A stretch of DNA of 64,000 bases from an uncultured Pelagibacteraceae bacterium (GCA_902635515.1 CACPOD010000003.1:33669-97668), one strand, 5' to 3'. Shown: positions 30,981 to 41,490, counted from the stretch's first letter. Program-made: numbers and translations. Notes: a model not told the origin generated them from the sequence alone.

Positions 30981-33900
30981 TTTAGCTGTTTTTTTAATTC
31001 AATATCAACTGCATCAATTCGCTTAGTATTTTTTGCAAGAGCTAAATACATTGTTGGAGTTACATACAAAGTAAAGAAGGTTGAAATAATCATTCCTCCT
31101 AAAATTGTAGAACCCACAGCTAATCTAGAGCCTTCACCTGCTCCTGGGCCAATATTTCCAATAACTAATGGAAGCATTGCTATCATTGTACTAAGTGAGG
31201 TCATTATGATTGGTCGAATTCTAAGTTGGCAAGCTTTAATTATAGCGTCCTGAATTTTAACACCGGTAGTTCTTATCTGGTTTGTGTAGTCTACAATCAA
31301 AATACTATTCTTTGTGGATATACCAATCAGTATTATTAAAGCGATTTGAGAGAAAATATTTACTGAACTATTTAAAAATAAAATAAATACTAATCCACCA
31401 AATACAGCTAGTGGAACTGTTAAAATAATAATAAATGGATGAATAAAAGAGTTAAATGTTGCTGCCATTACTAAATAGGCAGTTAACAAAGCAAGAGCAA
31501 AAATTAAGTATATTTCATTTGTTGTTTCTTTTAGCTCTTCAGATTTTCCTTTCCAAGTGATTTGATTTTGAGGAGCAATTCTAATCATGATATCTTCCAG
31601 GTATTTTATAGCCTCTGTTAGAGTGTAATCTTCTGCAAGCGCAGCAGAAATTGTAACTGCTCTTTGACGATTGTATCTTGGAAGCGCTTCAGCAGTGCCT
31701 TTCTCTTTAAACTCAACTAAACTTGCAACAGATACAAGTTTACCAGTTGTTTCAGATCTAACAAAAATTTTTGATAACCCATCTTTATCTCTTCTGTCTG
31801 CTAAATATTGTTGTAAAATAATTGGGTATTCTCTTCCTTCTTTACTAAAAGTTGTTACTCTTTTTCCTCCATAAAGAGTTTCTAGAGTTCTACCTATATT
31901 TTCAGTAGAAACTCCCAAATCATTTGCTCTGTTTTTATTGGTGATTAATTTAACTTCAGGTTTATTTTTTGTATAATCACTTTCAATTCTAGACATATTT
32001 CTATTTTTTCTTAATTCTCTTAAGACACTATTTTGAATTTCTTCTAATTCTTCGTAGCTCGATCCATATATCACCATTTGAACGGGCTTATTGTAACTAG
32101 ATACTCTTATTGATTGTGGAGAAATTGGAAAAGCAAAAGTTTCAGGCACAGAAACCACTTGTCCAATTGCTTCTCTTAATATTGTTTGACTACCTTTTTC
32201 TCTATTTTTCCATTCATCAAGTAATGCAATAATTATAAAACTGTTATATGACGTTGCAGATCTTCCAAAACCAGGAACTCTCATGATTAGTCTTGCATAG
32301 GGACTGTCTTCTGCCTGCAATAATCTTAATATTCTTCCTTCAATTATTTGCGCTTTTTCCTGGGTATATTCAAATGAACTTCCTTCATCAGTTGACCCAA
32401 TAATTAAATAAGCACCTCTATCTTCAATTGGTATTAATTCTTTTTTGGAAAAACTAAACAAATAAGCTGAAGCAGCTATAATTAAAATTATAAATATTGA
32501 AATAGTTTTTTGTTTATTCACCCAATATTTAAGAGAGTTTACATAAAATCCTGTAAAAGATTTAAATCCATTATTGAATTTTTTTACGAAGAAATTAATT
32601 TTTTCTTTTTTGTTTAAAAATTTACTTCCTAGCATTGGAGATAATGTTAATGCCACAAAAGAAGATACAACAATTGAAAAAGATAAGGCTATTGCTGTTT
32701 CTTTAAACAAAGTTCCTGATATTCCTTTAATAAAAATTAAAGGTAAAAATACTGCTACAAGAATTAAAGTCGTTGCAATAATTGCAAATGTAATTTGTTT
32801 AGAACCTTTGTAAGCAGCCACTAAAGGTGTTTCTCCATTTTCAATTCTTGTATAGATCGCATCAGTCATTATTACAGAGTCATCAGTGATTATACCAATT
32901 GCTAGAATAAAACTTAGTAATACAAAAATATTAATTGATAGATCAAATATATATAACCCGAGAAATGATCCAATAAGACTAACTGGTAAAGCAACCGCAG
33001 GAACTATTACAGCTTTTAGGTTACCTAAAAAAAGATAAATAATTAAAACAACTAGTACGAATGCAATTACTAAACTTTTATATACTTCTTCAATTGCTGC
33101 GCCAATGTAGGTCGCTCTGTTAAATGCTATCTCTAACTTTAATCCATCAGGTAAGGATTTGTTAAGTTCTTTAATTTTAGTTTTTATTTGTTTAGAAAGC
33201 TCTACCGTTGATGCACCACTTTTTGCATAAATTCCAATTCCTACAGTTTTTAAATTTACTGCATTTTTTCTTTGTGCTTTAAATAAAGTTTTTTCTGAAA
33301 CAGGTCCAAACTCTATATTAGCCACATCAGATAAAATAATAACTTTTTCTTTATTTTTTTTAAGTGGCAATTGTTTAATAGTATCAATATTAGAATAGGA
33401 TTTATCAATGTTTAAAGTTAAGTCTTTGTTATTAGCTTCTAAGGTTCCAGCTGGAAGATTTATATTCTCATTTCTAAGAGCTCTTTCAACTTCTTGAATT
33501 GTAAGATTGTTTGCAGCTAATTTTATTGGATCTATCCAAACTCTAACACTAAGCTCTCTTAATCCACCAACTAAAATTCGACCTACGTTTGGTACGCTTG
33601 AAAATGCATCTATTAGATATCTTTCAGCATAATCACCAAGATCTAGATCATTCCAGGTTGGGGATGATAATGCTACCCACATTGTAGTTGTAAAACCTGC
33701 TGCCTGTTTTAAAATTTGTGGAGGGTTTGACTCACTTGGTAAATTATCTACAACTCTTGCAACTCTTTCCCTAATATCATTAGCTGCATCATCTAAATCA
33801 ATGTCTGTGTTGAATTGAATATTAATCCTACTTCTTCCATTGAGAGAACTTGAGTCAATATTTTTGATACCTTCAGCGCCTCCAATTACATCCTCTAACT

Positions 33901-34099
33901 TTTGAGTTATTTCTTCATCAACGATTTCAGCAGAAGCAGATTTATAATCAGTTTGAACTTGAACTACTGGGGGCTGTATACCATCTGGAAGTTCTCGTAC
34001 TGGCAATTCTAAAAAGACAAAAATACCAAAAATTATCAATATCAAAGACATAACCCAAGCAACAACAGGTCGTTTAATGCTAACTTCAGTTATATACAT
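30977..34099 (-). CDS. RND efflux permease (AcrB/MdtB family)
   Basis: 1040 aa; IKRPV, ITDDS proton-relay Asp pair, KNSILIV, RIRPIIMT. Confidence 0.95.
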   Translation of the reverse strand: MYITEVSIKRPVVAWVMSLILIIFGIFVFLELPVRELPDGIQPPVVQVQTDYKSASAEIVDEEITQKLEDVIGGAEGIKNIDSSSLNGRSRINIQFNTDIDLDDAANDIRERVARVVDNLPSESNPPQILKQAAGFTTTMWVALSSPTWNDLDLGDYAERYLIDAFSSVPNVGRILVGGLRELSVRVWIDPIKLAANNLTIQEVERALRNENINLPAGTLEANNKDLTLNIDKSYSNIDTIKQLPLKKNKEKVIILSDVANIEFGPVSEKTLFKAQRKNAVNLKTVGIGIYAKSGASTVELSKQIKTKIKELNKSLPDGLKLEIAFNRATYIGAAIEEVYKSLVIAFVLVVLIIYLFLGNLKAVIVPAVALPVSLIGSFLGLYIFDLSINIFVLLSFILAIGIITDDSVIMTDAIYTRIENGETPLVAAYKGSKQITFAIIATTLILVAVFLPLIFIKGISGTLFKETAIALSFSIVVSSFVALTLSPMLGSKFLNKKEKINFFVKKFNNGFKSFTGFYVNSLKYWVNKQKTISIFIILIIAASAYLFSFSKKELIPIEDRGAYLIIGSTDEGSSFEYTQEKAQIIEGRILRLLQAEDSPYARLIMRVPGFGRSATSYNSFIIIALLDEWKNREKGSQTILREAIGQVVSVPETFAFPISPQSIRVSSYNKPVQMVIYGSSYEELEEIQNSVLRELRKNRNMSRIESDYTKNKPEVKLITNKNRANDLGVSTENIGRTLETLYGGKRVTTFSKEGREYPIILQQYLADRRDKDGLSKIFVRSETTGKLVSVASLVEFKEKGTAEALPRYNRQRAVTISAALAEDYTLTEAIKYLEDIMIRIAPQNQITWKGKSEELKETTNEIYLIFALALLTAYLVMAATFNSFIHPFIIILTVPLAVFGGLVFILFLNSSVNIFSQIALIILIGISTKNSILIVDYTNQIRTTGVKIQDAIIKACQLRIRPIIMTSLSTMIAMLPLVIGNIGPGAGEGSRLAVGSTILGGMIISTFFTLYVTPTMYLALAKNTKRIDAVDIELKKQLN

Positions 34100-34103
34100 T
34101 TAA

Positions 34104-35099
34104 TTATTTTTTCTCTTTATCTGATTTTTTAAAAATATTTTTCAACCAATCAAATTTACCTTTTTTTTCTTCAGCTTTTTTTGATTTATCTTTTTTACCC
34201 CAGCTAGAATTTCCTTGTTTTTTTTTAGCACCTTTCTCTATAGGTCTGATTGTTAAATTTGGCCTTACTTTTTTTGTTCCTTCTGCAACAATTTTATCTC
34301 CATTATTTAATCCATCTAATATTTCTACAAAGCCCAAATATCTATCACCAATGGTTACCTTTGTTTTCATTACTTTATTTTTTTCATCTACTTTATAAAT
34401 AAAAACATTTTCACCCTCGACAATTGTACTAGTGTCAGGAGCACTTAAGCCATTTCTCACATCATATTTAATTGATATTTCTAAAAATGAGCCAGGTAAA
34501 ATTTCACCTGATGAGTTGTCCATTTTAATTCTTGTTGCTAAAGCTCTTGTATCCTCACTTATCCTGCTAGCAAAAGAGTCTACTTCACCTTTATAAATTT
34601 TATTTTTATATCCAGAAAATTTAATATCAACTGGCAGACCAACCTCAATAAATGGTACAAAAATTTCAGGTATATCTACATCACAATATATTGAGCTAGT
34701 ATCTTCAAGATTAATTAATATTGAGGATTTTGAAACCTCTATATCTTCTGAAAATTCTCTTTTTCCAATAACACCATCAAATTGAGCAATAACTTTTCGA
34801 TTTTTAAGCTCAGCAATTACATCACCTTTTTTAACTTTTTGATTAAATTTTATAGGTTTTAATATTTCATATTTTTCAATTTTAAATGATTGTGTTTGAA
34901 TTGGAGTTGCAGTCCCATAGGTACTAACAACATTTTCAAAAACTCTCTCTTGAGTAGTAGTTATTATTATTCCAGGAGGCGGTCTTTTACTAAATTTTTT
35001 TTTGAAATGATTTCCTATCATTGTTCTTCCAATGATCACTGTTGCAATGATTAAGAAAAATATGATTACTATACTTGTTATTTTTGTAGATGTTTTCAT
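34104..35099 (-). CDS. RND periplasmic adaptor (membrane fusion protein), hairpin-less
   Basis: N-terminal TM, VKKGDVIAEL..IAQFDGVIG lipoyl halves, LPGSF, VEILDGLNNGDKIVAEG; upstream of the RND permease. Confidence 0.88.
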   Translation of the reverse strand: MKTSTKITSIVIIFFLIIATVIIGRTMIGNHFKKKFSKRPPPGIIITTTQERVFENVVSTYGTATPIQTQSFKIEKYEILKPIKFNQKVKKGDVIAELKNRKVIAQFDGVIGKREFSEDIEVSKSSILINLEDTSSIYCDVDIPEIFVPFIEVGLPVDIKFSGYKNKIYKGEVDSFASRISEDTRALATRIKMDNSSGEILPGSFLEISIKYDVRNGLSAPDTSTIVEGENVFIYKVDEKNKVMKTKVTIGDRYLGFVEILDGLNNGDKIVAEGTKKVRPNLTIRPIEKGAKKKQGNSSWGKKDKSKKAEEKKGKFDWLKNIFKKSDKEKK

Positions 35100-35102
35100 A
35101 AG

Positions 35103-35915
35103 TTAATTTTTTCCGTATTCAGCCCAAGAGCCATCGTAAATTGTCGGCATATATTTAGCATTTATTAAAGAATAAGCTAGTGCCAATACACTTGCAGTCA
35201 CTCCAGAACCACATGAAAACACTAGATTTTTATCATGATCAAATTTAAAGGACTTAAATTTTTCCATTATTTTATCTTTACTAACAAAAGTATGGTCTTC
35301 GTTTACTAATTCAGAAAAGGGTAGGCAAAAAGAATTTTTTATTGAACCACTTCTAAGACCTTTCCTTGGTTCATCAACTTTGCCTTCAAATCTTTCTCTA
35401 CTTCTTGCATCAACAACATTAAATTCATGTGAATTAATATTTTCATCTATTTGTTTTTTATTTTTAACTAGTTCTATATTTTCTTTGCATATATACTTTG
35501 AAGTTTGATTGGTTACTTCTATGTTATCTGTAGGTTTATTTTCTTTTTTCCATTTTTTTAATCCACCATCCAGAACATGAACTAGTTTAGGATCATGTCC
35601 GTAATAAATTAAATTGTACCAACATCTACAAGAACTAATAACATCAGAATTATCATAAATTACTATTCGATCATTATTTTCTATACCCATGTTGCTCATT
35701 ATTTTTTCCCAAGATTTAGTATCAGTAAGCATATGTGGTAAATCAGTATCTAATTTAGAATTTTTATCTAAATCAAAAAAAATAGCATTTGGAATATGCT
35801 CCTCTGTATATTCCTCAAAACCATTTCTTTGAGTTTGAGGCATATGCCATGAGCAATCAATAATTTTTACTTTATCAATATTATTTTCTAACCAACTTGT
35901 ATCGACTAGAGACAT
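35103..35915 (-). CDS. sseA: 3-mercaptopyruvate/thiosulfate sulfurtransferase
   Basis: HIPNA, LDGGL, CGSGVTA active site, YDGSWAEY. Confidence 0.92.
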   Translation of the reverse strand: MSLVDTSWLENNIDKVKIIDCSWHMPQTQRNGFEEYTEEHIPNAIFFDLDKNSKLDTDLPHMLTDTKSWEKIMSNMGIENNDRIVIYDNSDVISSCRCWYNLIYYGHDPKLVHVLDGGLKKWKKENKPTDNIEVTNQTSKYICKENIELVKNKKQIDENINSHEFNVVDARSRERFEGKVDEPRKGLRSGSIKNSFCLPFSELVNEDHTFVSKDKIMEKFKSFKFDHDKNLVFSCGSGVTASVLALAYSLINAKYMPTIYDGSWAEYGKN

Positions 35916-35916
35916 T

Positions 35917-36360
35917 TTATCTTTTTTCCAAATATCTTTGATGATACTCTTCAGCTGGGCAATAATTTTTAACTAAAGAAGTTTTTGTTACTACTTTTCC
36001 TGATAATTTGGCGTTTTCTTTTTCTATCATTTTTTCAGCAGTAATTTTTTGCTGATCATTTAAATAAAATATTTCACTTCTATATTGGGTTCCAAAATCT
36101 GGTCCTTGAGAATTTAAAGTTGTTGGATCATGAATTTCAAAAAAATATTCAAGAATTTTCTCGTAAGATATTATTTTAGGATCAAAATCTAATTTTACTA
36201 CTTCTGCATGATTTGTTGTGCCTGTGCATACTTCTTTGTAATTGGTTTCAGCATTATGACCTCCACAATAACCTACTTCTGTTTTAATAACTCCATCAAG
36301 TTTACTAAACTTAATTTCTGGTCCCCAAAAACATCCTAATCCTAAAATTGCTATTTCCAT
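35917..36360 (-). CDS. msrA: Peptide-methionine (S)-S-oxide reductase
   Basis: GCFWG, HDPT, QGPDFGTQYRS, AEEYHQ. Confidence 0.96.
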   Translation of the reverse strand: MEIAILGLGCFWGPEIKFSKLDGVIKTEVGYCGGHNAETNYKEVCTGTTNHAEVVKLDFDPKIISYEKILEYFFEIHDPTTLNSQGPDFGTQYRSEIFYLNDQQKITAEKMIEKENAKLSGKVVTKTSLVKNYCPAEEYHQRYLEKR

Positions 36361-36394
36361 TGATAATTAACTTAATTAATCTAAAGTTAATCAT

Positions 36395-37276
36395 ATGCTA
36401 TCAAAAAATCAATTAGGCTTTTTTTACATGTTCATATCGGTATGTGCATTTTCACTTATGGATGTGATTGTTAAATGGTCTGAGGATTATCCCGTTGGAC
36501 AAGTATTATTTTTCAGAGGATTTTGTGGAATAATTCCTATTTTATTTCTTATTCCTAAAGATAGATATTTAGATTTTTATAAAACAACTAGACCATTTCT
36601 TCATTTTAAAAGATGTTTAGCAGGATTAATTGCTTTGGTTTCTATATTTGTAGCATTAAGAAATTTACCTTTGGCAACAGTTGTAAGTATATCTTTTGCA
36701 GCACCAATATTTATAACAATATTTTCAATTTTTTTATTAAAAGAAAAAGTTGGTATTTATAGATGGTTAGCGGTCCTAGTTGGATTTGTTGGTATAATTT
36801 TCATAACTGAACCAGGTTTTAGCTCTTTAAATTTATATTATATTTATCCAATAATTTTTTGCTTAGGTCTATCTTACGTTGCTATTGCTATAAGAAAATT
36901 ATCATCGACTGAACCTGCCTGGTTGATTAGTTTTTTCTTTTCATTCTCAATAATGCTTTTAAGCTTTCTATCTATTTATCAGGGATGGATTTTGCCAAGT
37001 TTAATTGATTTATTTTTGCTATCTATGGTTGGTATATTAGGTGGTCTTGCTAATTTATGGTTATCACAATCTTATAAATATTCAGAAGTAAGTTTAGTTT
37101 CCCCTTTAAAATATCTTGGATTAGTATTTGCAATAATTTTTGGATATTTTATTTGGAATGAAATACCAACTTCTAAAACTTTATTAGGTGCCTTATTAGT
37201 TATAGTTTCATCTATTATTATATTTAGAAGAGAGATGTATTTGAAAAAAAAGTTATCTGTTTCACGACATGAGTAA
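36395..37276 (+). CDS. DMT/EamA-family transporter
   Basis: About 10 TM, duplicated EamA repeats (LKEKVG, WNEIP). Confidence 0.9.
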   Translation: MLSKNQLGFFYMFISVCAFSLMDVIVKWSEDYPVGQVLFFRGFCGIIPILFLIPKDRYLDFYKTTRPFLHFKRCLAGLIALVSIFVALRNLPLATVVSISFAAPIFITIFSIFLLKEKVGIYRWLAVLVGFVGIIFITEPGFSSLNLYYIYPIIFCLGLSYVAIAIRKLSSTEPAWLISFFFSFSIMLLSFLSIYQGWILPSLIDLFLLSMVGILGGLANLWLSQSYKYSEVSLVSPLKYLGLVFAIIFGYFIWNEIPTSKTLLGALLVIVSSIIIFRREMYLKKKLSVSRHE

Positions 37277-37904
37277 AACTCCATCATACTGGAATAAAGC
37301 AAAAAAATATTTATCTAAAAAAGATAAAACCATGTCTTTTTTGATTAAAAAATATAAATCCCCATCAGAGACAGTGCTAACTTCAAGAAAAGATGTTTTT
37401 TTCTCTCTCTGTAAAAGTATAATTGGACAACAAATTAGCGTTGCTGCTGCTAATTCAGTTTTTTTAAAATTTAAGAAAAAATGCAAAAATAAAATTAATG
37501 CAAAAACAGTAAGCAAGTTATCTACTATTCAGCTCAAAAGTTGTGGTCTAAGTAGACAGAAAGTGAAAGGAATAAAAAGTTTAGCTCAAAAAATATTAAG
37601 TAAAGAGTTTAATCCAAGACTTATTTCAAAAATGTCTGATGAAGATGCCATAATTTATCTTTCTCAATTAAGACAAATTGGACGATGGTCAGCAGAAATG
37701 ATTTTATTATTTACTTATAATCGTCCTAATATTTGGCCAATTCAGGATATTGGTTTGTTAAGAGCTATTTCAAAAAATTTTAATAAAAAATATCTACCTC
37801 CAGAAAGTTACGTGAAATATTTAAACAAAAAGTTTTCCCCTTACTGTTCTGTAGCGACATGGTATTTATGGAGAAGTATAGATCCCGAACCTATTCAGTA
37901 TTAA
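37269..37904 (+). CDS. alkA: DNA-3-methyladenine glycosylase II (AlkA-like HhH-GPD)
   Basis: IIGQQISVAAA, GLSRQK, IGRWSAEM, PIQD, PYCSVATWYLWR. Confidence 0.88.
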   Translation: MSKTPSYWNKAKKYLSKKDKTMSFLIKKYKSPSETVLTSRKDVFFSLCKSIIGQQISVAAANSVFLKFKKKCKNKINAKTVSKLSTIQLKSCGLSRQKVKGIKSLAQKILSKEFNPRLISKMSDEDAIIYLSQLRQIGRWSAEMILLFTYNRPNIWPIQDIGLLRAISKNFNKKYLPPESYVKYLNKKFSPYCSVATWYLWRSIDPEPIQY

Positions 37905-37916
37905 GCCTTTATTAAC

Positions 37917-38204
37917 TTACATTCCTTCAAAAATTATGTGTTCTCTAGTAGCATTATTTTCCAAATGTTTTCTAGCTTCAACATACTCTTCGGAATTGTA
38001 ACAATTTTTTGCTGTTTCAATATCTGGAAATTCTGCAAGTGCTACTCTAACCATTTCTCTGCCTTCTAAAGTTACGTTATTTGCACTTCTCGCTATTATT
38101 TTTCCAGAATATTTTTCAACCGCTTCTTTTGCTTTAACAGCATATTTTTTAAGTCTTTCGTCGTCTTTTATTTCAGTATAATTTGCAACCCAATAAGCTT
38201 TCAT
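37917..38204 (-). CDS. DUF1330 family protein
   Basis: MKAYW, LEG, EFPD..A..YNSEEY..AR, EG; AGGAG SD. Confidence 0.88.
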   Translation of the reverse strand: MKAYWVANYTEIKDDERLKKYAVKAKEAVEKYSGKIIARSANNVTLEGREMVRVALAEFPDIETAKNCYNSEEYVEARKHLENNATREHIIFEGM

Positions 38205-38247
38205 AATTCTCCTTTTTAAATTTTTTTAATTATGATACCAAATTTAT

Positions 38248-38571
38248 GTGAAAAAATTATTTTTAAATTTCTTTGGTACATCATTATTTTTGATACTTTT
38301 ATCATTTACCCATGCTAATGCTGATGAATTGTTTAATAAGGGAAAAGAAGTTTTTCTGGGTACTGGAAATTGTGCAGCATGTCATATGCTCTCAGATGCT
38401 GGATCGAATGCAATGGTTGGTCCAAATTTAAATGAAATTAGACCTGATATTCAAAGAATCTTAATGGCAGTTAGAAACGGTATAGGAGTAATGCCCGCAA
38501 TGGAGGGTATACTAACTGATGATGAAATAGAAGCAGTTGCGCACTATACCTCTATAGCTGCTGAACAATAA
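38248..38571 (+). CDS. Periplasmic monoheme cytochrome c (c6/SorU-like)
   Basis: Signal peptide ending ANA, CAACH heme site, GPNLN, distal Met in GVMP. Confidence 0.92.
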   Translation: MKKLFLNFFGTSLFLILLSFTHANADELFNKGKEVFLGTGNCAACHMLSDAGSNAMVGPNLNEIRPDIQRILMAVRNGIGVMPAMEGILTDDEIEAVAHYTSIAAEQ

Positions 38572-38578
38572 TAAAAAT

Positions 38579-39478
38579 TTAACTGTAATTTTTTATCCAA
38601 TGTTTAGCTATATCTACTCTTTTGCAGATCCAAATATCCTTAAATTTTGTGATGTAATTTAAAAATTTTTTAAGAGACTGTATTCTACCAGGTCTTCCAA
38701 TTAATCTACAATGCAAACCAACCGACATCATTTTAGGTGAAGTTTTTCCCTCCTCATAAAGGGCATCGAAACTATCTTTTAAATAATTATAAAATTGTTC
38801 ACCTGAATTAAATCCTTGATTGGTTGCAAACCTCATATCATTGTTATCAAGTGTGTAAGGAACCATTAGTTGTTTTTTATTACCTTTTTTTATCCAGTAA
38901 GGAAGATCGTCACTGTATGTATCGCTACAGTATAAAAAACTACCATTATCAATTACTAAATCTAAAGTATTTTCGCTACATCTACCGGTGTACCAACCAG
39001 CAGGTTGATTACCAAATATCTTTTTTATAGATTTGACTGCAAGCTCCATATCATTCTTTTCTTTTTTCTTTGATACATTTTGATAGTCAATCCATCTCCA
39101 CCCATGACTTGCAACTTCATAATTTGCTTTTTTTATAGCTGAACAAACTTCTTTATTTCTTTCCAATGCCATACCAACTCCAAAAATAGTAAGTGGAATT
39201 TTCTTTTTATTAAATAGATCATGAATTCTCCAAAACCCTCTTCTTGATCCATATTCATAAATTGATTCCATATTTAAGTGTCGACCTTTAATTGGTTTTG
39301 CTCCTATAATTTCTGATAAAAATACTTCTGAAGTTTTATCACCATGAAGAGTACAATTTTCTGCTCCCTCCTCGTAATTAAGTACAAATTGCAAAGCTAA
39401 CTTAGCATTACCAGGCCACTTTACCTTAACTTTTTTGGAACCATATCCCACTAAATCTCTTGGGTATTTTTTTTTCAT
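38579..39478 (-). CDS. puuE: Allantoinase PuuE (polysaccharide-deacetylase fold)
   Basis: YPRDLVGYG, NYEEG, MESIYEYGSR, HGWRW, PYTLDNNDMRF, GLHCRLIGRPGR. Confidence 0.95.
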   Translation of the reverse strand: MKKKYPRDLVGYGSKKVKVKWPGNAKLALQFVLNYEEGAENCTLHGDKTSEVFLSEIIGAKPIKGRHLNMESIYEYGSRRGFWRIHDLFNKKKIPLTIFGVGMALERNKEVCSAIKKANYEVASHGWRWIDYQNVSKKKEKNDMELAVKSIKKIFGNQPAGWYTGRCSENTLDLVIDNGSFLYCSDTYSDDLPYWIKKGNKKQLMVPYTLDNNDMRFATNQGFNSGEQFYNYLKDSFDALYEEGKTSPKMMSVGLHCRLIGRPGRIQSLKKFLNYITKFKDIWICKRVDIAKHWIKNYS

Positions 39479-39966
39479 TTTTTCAAAATAATTTTATCTT
39501 TTTTAAATTTATAAATAACAAGATTGTTTCCTTTTCCTTTTCTATCAACAATTAGAAAATTCATATTTTTCATAGAAATCAACGGAAAGTGCCAAATACC
39601 AGCATTGTAATTAACTCCAGTTTGTTTTGGGACTAAAAAGGATTGGATTTTATTTACATCTGGTTTATCTCCTTTTGGTGCTACAAATACTAAAAATTTT
39701 GTATCTTCCATTGGTATAAAGGCCTGGCTTCCTAAAGGATGTTTTTCCATCATATCGATTTTCATAGGAAACCTTCTTTTTTTTGCTTTAAAAATACTAA
39801 CAATTGCTTTCCCTTTGTTTTTAGATGCATCTAAGTTTATCAAATTATCAAATCTTTTTGCATACCCATCATTAATATTTATGGGATTTTTTTTTGACGT
39901 ATCTATTAATTGACCAAATTTAGAAAAATTTTTTTTAGTAATTTTTTTTGCTTTTATTATTTTCAT
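39475..39966 (-). CDS. allA: Ureidoglycolate lyase
   Basis: MEKHPLGSQAFIP, GVNY..GIWH, FLIVDR. Confidence 0.93.
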   Translation of the reverse strand: MKIIKAKKITKKNFSKFGQLIDTSKKNPININDGYAKRFDNLINLDASKNKGKAIVSIFKAKKRRFPMKIDMMEKHPLGSQAFIPMEDTKFLVFVAPKGDKPDVNKIQSFLVPKQTGVNYNAGIWHFPLISMKNMNFLIVDRKGKGNNLVIYKFKKDKIILKK

Positions 39967-40949
39967 CTCACAAAATTTCCAAATGCCCTTATTCTTGAAA
40001 TTCCACCGTCTGGATAGATATTTATTTTAAGATAATTTTCCTTACTTCTCTTAATTAAGAATTTTTTAAAAATATGTTTCTTGTGAGCTGACAGTTTTGA
40101 CTTATTTAAAATAAATTTCCAATTTTTTGAATTATTGACAATTGATTTATTGGACAGATCTTTTGAAATGCTTGCAGTTTGGATTGAACAACTATCGGGG
40201 TAGTTTCCTTTAAAATGATGGGTATCTATCTCTAGTTTTTTAATTAATCCTGGTTTTCCAAATTTTATTATAAGCCAATCAAAGTTTTTTCCTCTACTTC
40301 TTCTTGTTTCCCAACCATCTCCCATATTTTTTCCTTTACCAGGTGCTATGATATTTTCAGCCCTGCCGAAATGTTCATTATTACAACCAATAATTGAAGC
40401 GCCATTTAAAACAGAAGTAAGGTTGATAGTTTTATGATTTAAAAAGTTTTTCTCCATTTCAATTTTTCCATAAAGCCTTAGTCTTGCAACTCCACCATCC
40501 GGAAAAATGTTTAGTCTTATATAATTAAAAACAGATTTGTTGCTTGATTTGAAGCTGTGGTTTCGGCTTGGCCCAAGTTTTTTTTTGCTCAGTAAAGAAA
40601 TCCATTTTGTTTTCTTATTAGGCTTTGTTTTACTTAAGCAACCCTCTAACGAAGCATGTGTGGGCTGATTTCCATTGAAATGTGTTGTGTCAATGTCTAT
40701 ATCAAATATCTTTCCAGGTTTACCAAGTTTTAAAATTAAATAATCAAAACCTTTTGATCTTCTTCTCCTTGTTTCCCATCCATCCATCCATTTACCATGT
40801 TTGTCAAATAGTCCATCTTTAAAAACTGGAGTTTCGATGTTTAATATTCTGTGAGCAGCCGCAAAAAAATCGTCAGTCTTAAATATTACCTTAGATCCAA
40901 TTCTTGGATCCGCTAAGTTAATCATTTTTGCGCTTATAAATTTTTTCAT
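39963..40949 (-). CDS. alc: Allantoicase
   Basis: Two repeats each with DGWETRR, DTxHFxGN and PDGGxxRxR. Confidence 0.95.
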   Translation of the reverse strand: MKKFISAKMINLADPRIGSKVIFKTDDFFAAAHRILNIETPVFKDGLFDKHGKWMDGWETRRRRSKGFDYLILKLGKPGKIFDIDIDTTHFNGNQPTHASLEGCLSKTKPNKKTKWISLLSKKKLGPSRNHSFKSSNKSVFNYIRLNIFPDGGVARLRLYGKIEMEKNFLNHKTINLTSVLNGASIIGCNNEHFGRAENIIAPGKGKNMGDGWETRRSRGKNFDWLIIKFGKPGLIKKLEIDTHHFKGNYPDSCSIQTASISKDLSNKSIVNNSKNWKFILNKSKLSAHKKHIFKKFLIKRSKENYLKINIYPDGGISRIRAFGNFVR

Positions 40950-41443
40950 TTTTTATTTATTTCATTCAAACGAAAGGTTGCGATTTTTTTTACTTGTTTT
41001 TTCGCCTCAAGGAATTCACTTTCTACATCACTTTGTATTCTTTGTCTAAAATTATTCAAAATTTCATTTTTATCTTTGCCTTTTACAGCAATTATAAAAG
41101 GAAAATTAAACTTTTTTTTATATTCTGAATTTAATTTTTTAAATTCTTCATATTCATCATTAGAACATTGGTTCAATTTTGCAGAGGCTTGTTCTGATAT
41201 AGATTCAGAGGTCATTTTTTTTGCTACAGCAAGCTCAGGATGTGCATTTAAAATCTCTAAAATTTTATTTTTTTCGTAATTTTCATAAATATCAAGCATT
41301 TTAAACACAATATCTTCAAAGTTTTTAAATGGTTTTAACTCAAAAGCTTCCATAGCAACCGACTCAGTTTTTTCAAAAACATTACCAAATATAGACAAAA
41401 AATCAGACTTGTTAAGATCGTTAATGTTATCTATTGTTCTCAT
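40946..41443 (-). CDS. uraD: OHCU decarboxylase
   Basis: NAHPELA, SISEQ, YKKKFNFPFIIAV, KIATFRL. Confidence 0.93.
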   Translation of the reverse strand: MRTIDNINDLNKSDFLSIFGNVFEKTESVAMEAFELKPFKNFEDIVFKMLDIYENYEKNKILEILNAHPELAVAKKMTSESISEQASAKLNQCSNDEYEEFKKLNSEYKKKFNFPFIIAVKGKDKNEILNNFRQRIQSDVESEFLEAKKQVKKIATFRLNEINKK

Positions 41444-41490
41444 ATAACTTTTAAAAATTTAAGTTTGAAATTAAATGATACTATAATTTT

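Noticed and set aside
39963-40949. Internal repeat (DGWETRR twice) in allantoicase
   Set aside because: Known two-domain architecture of the family
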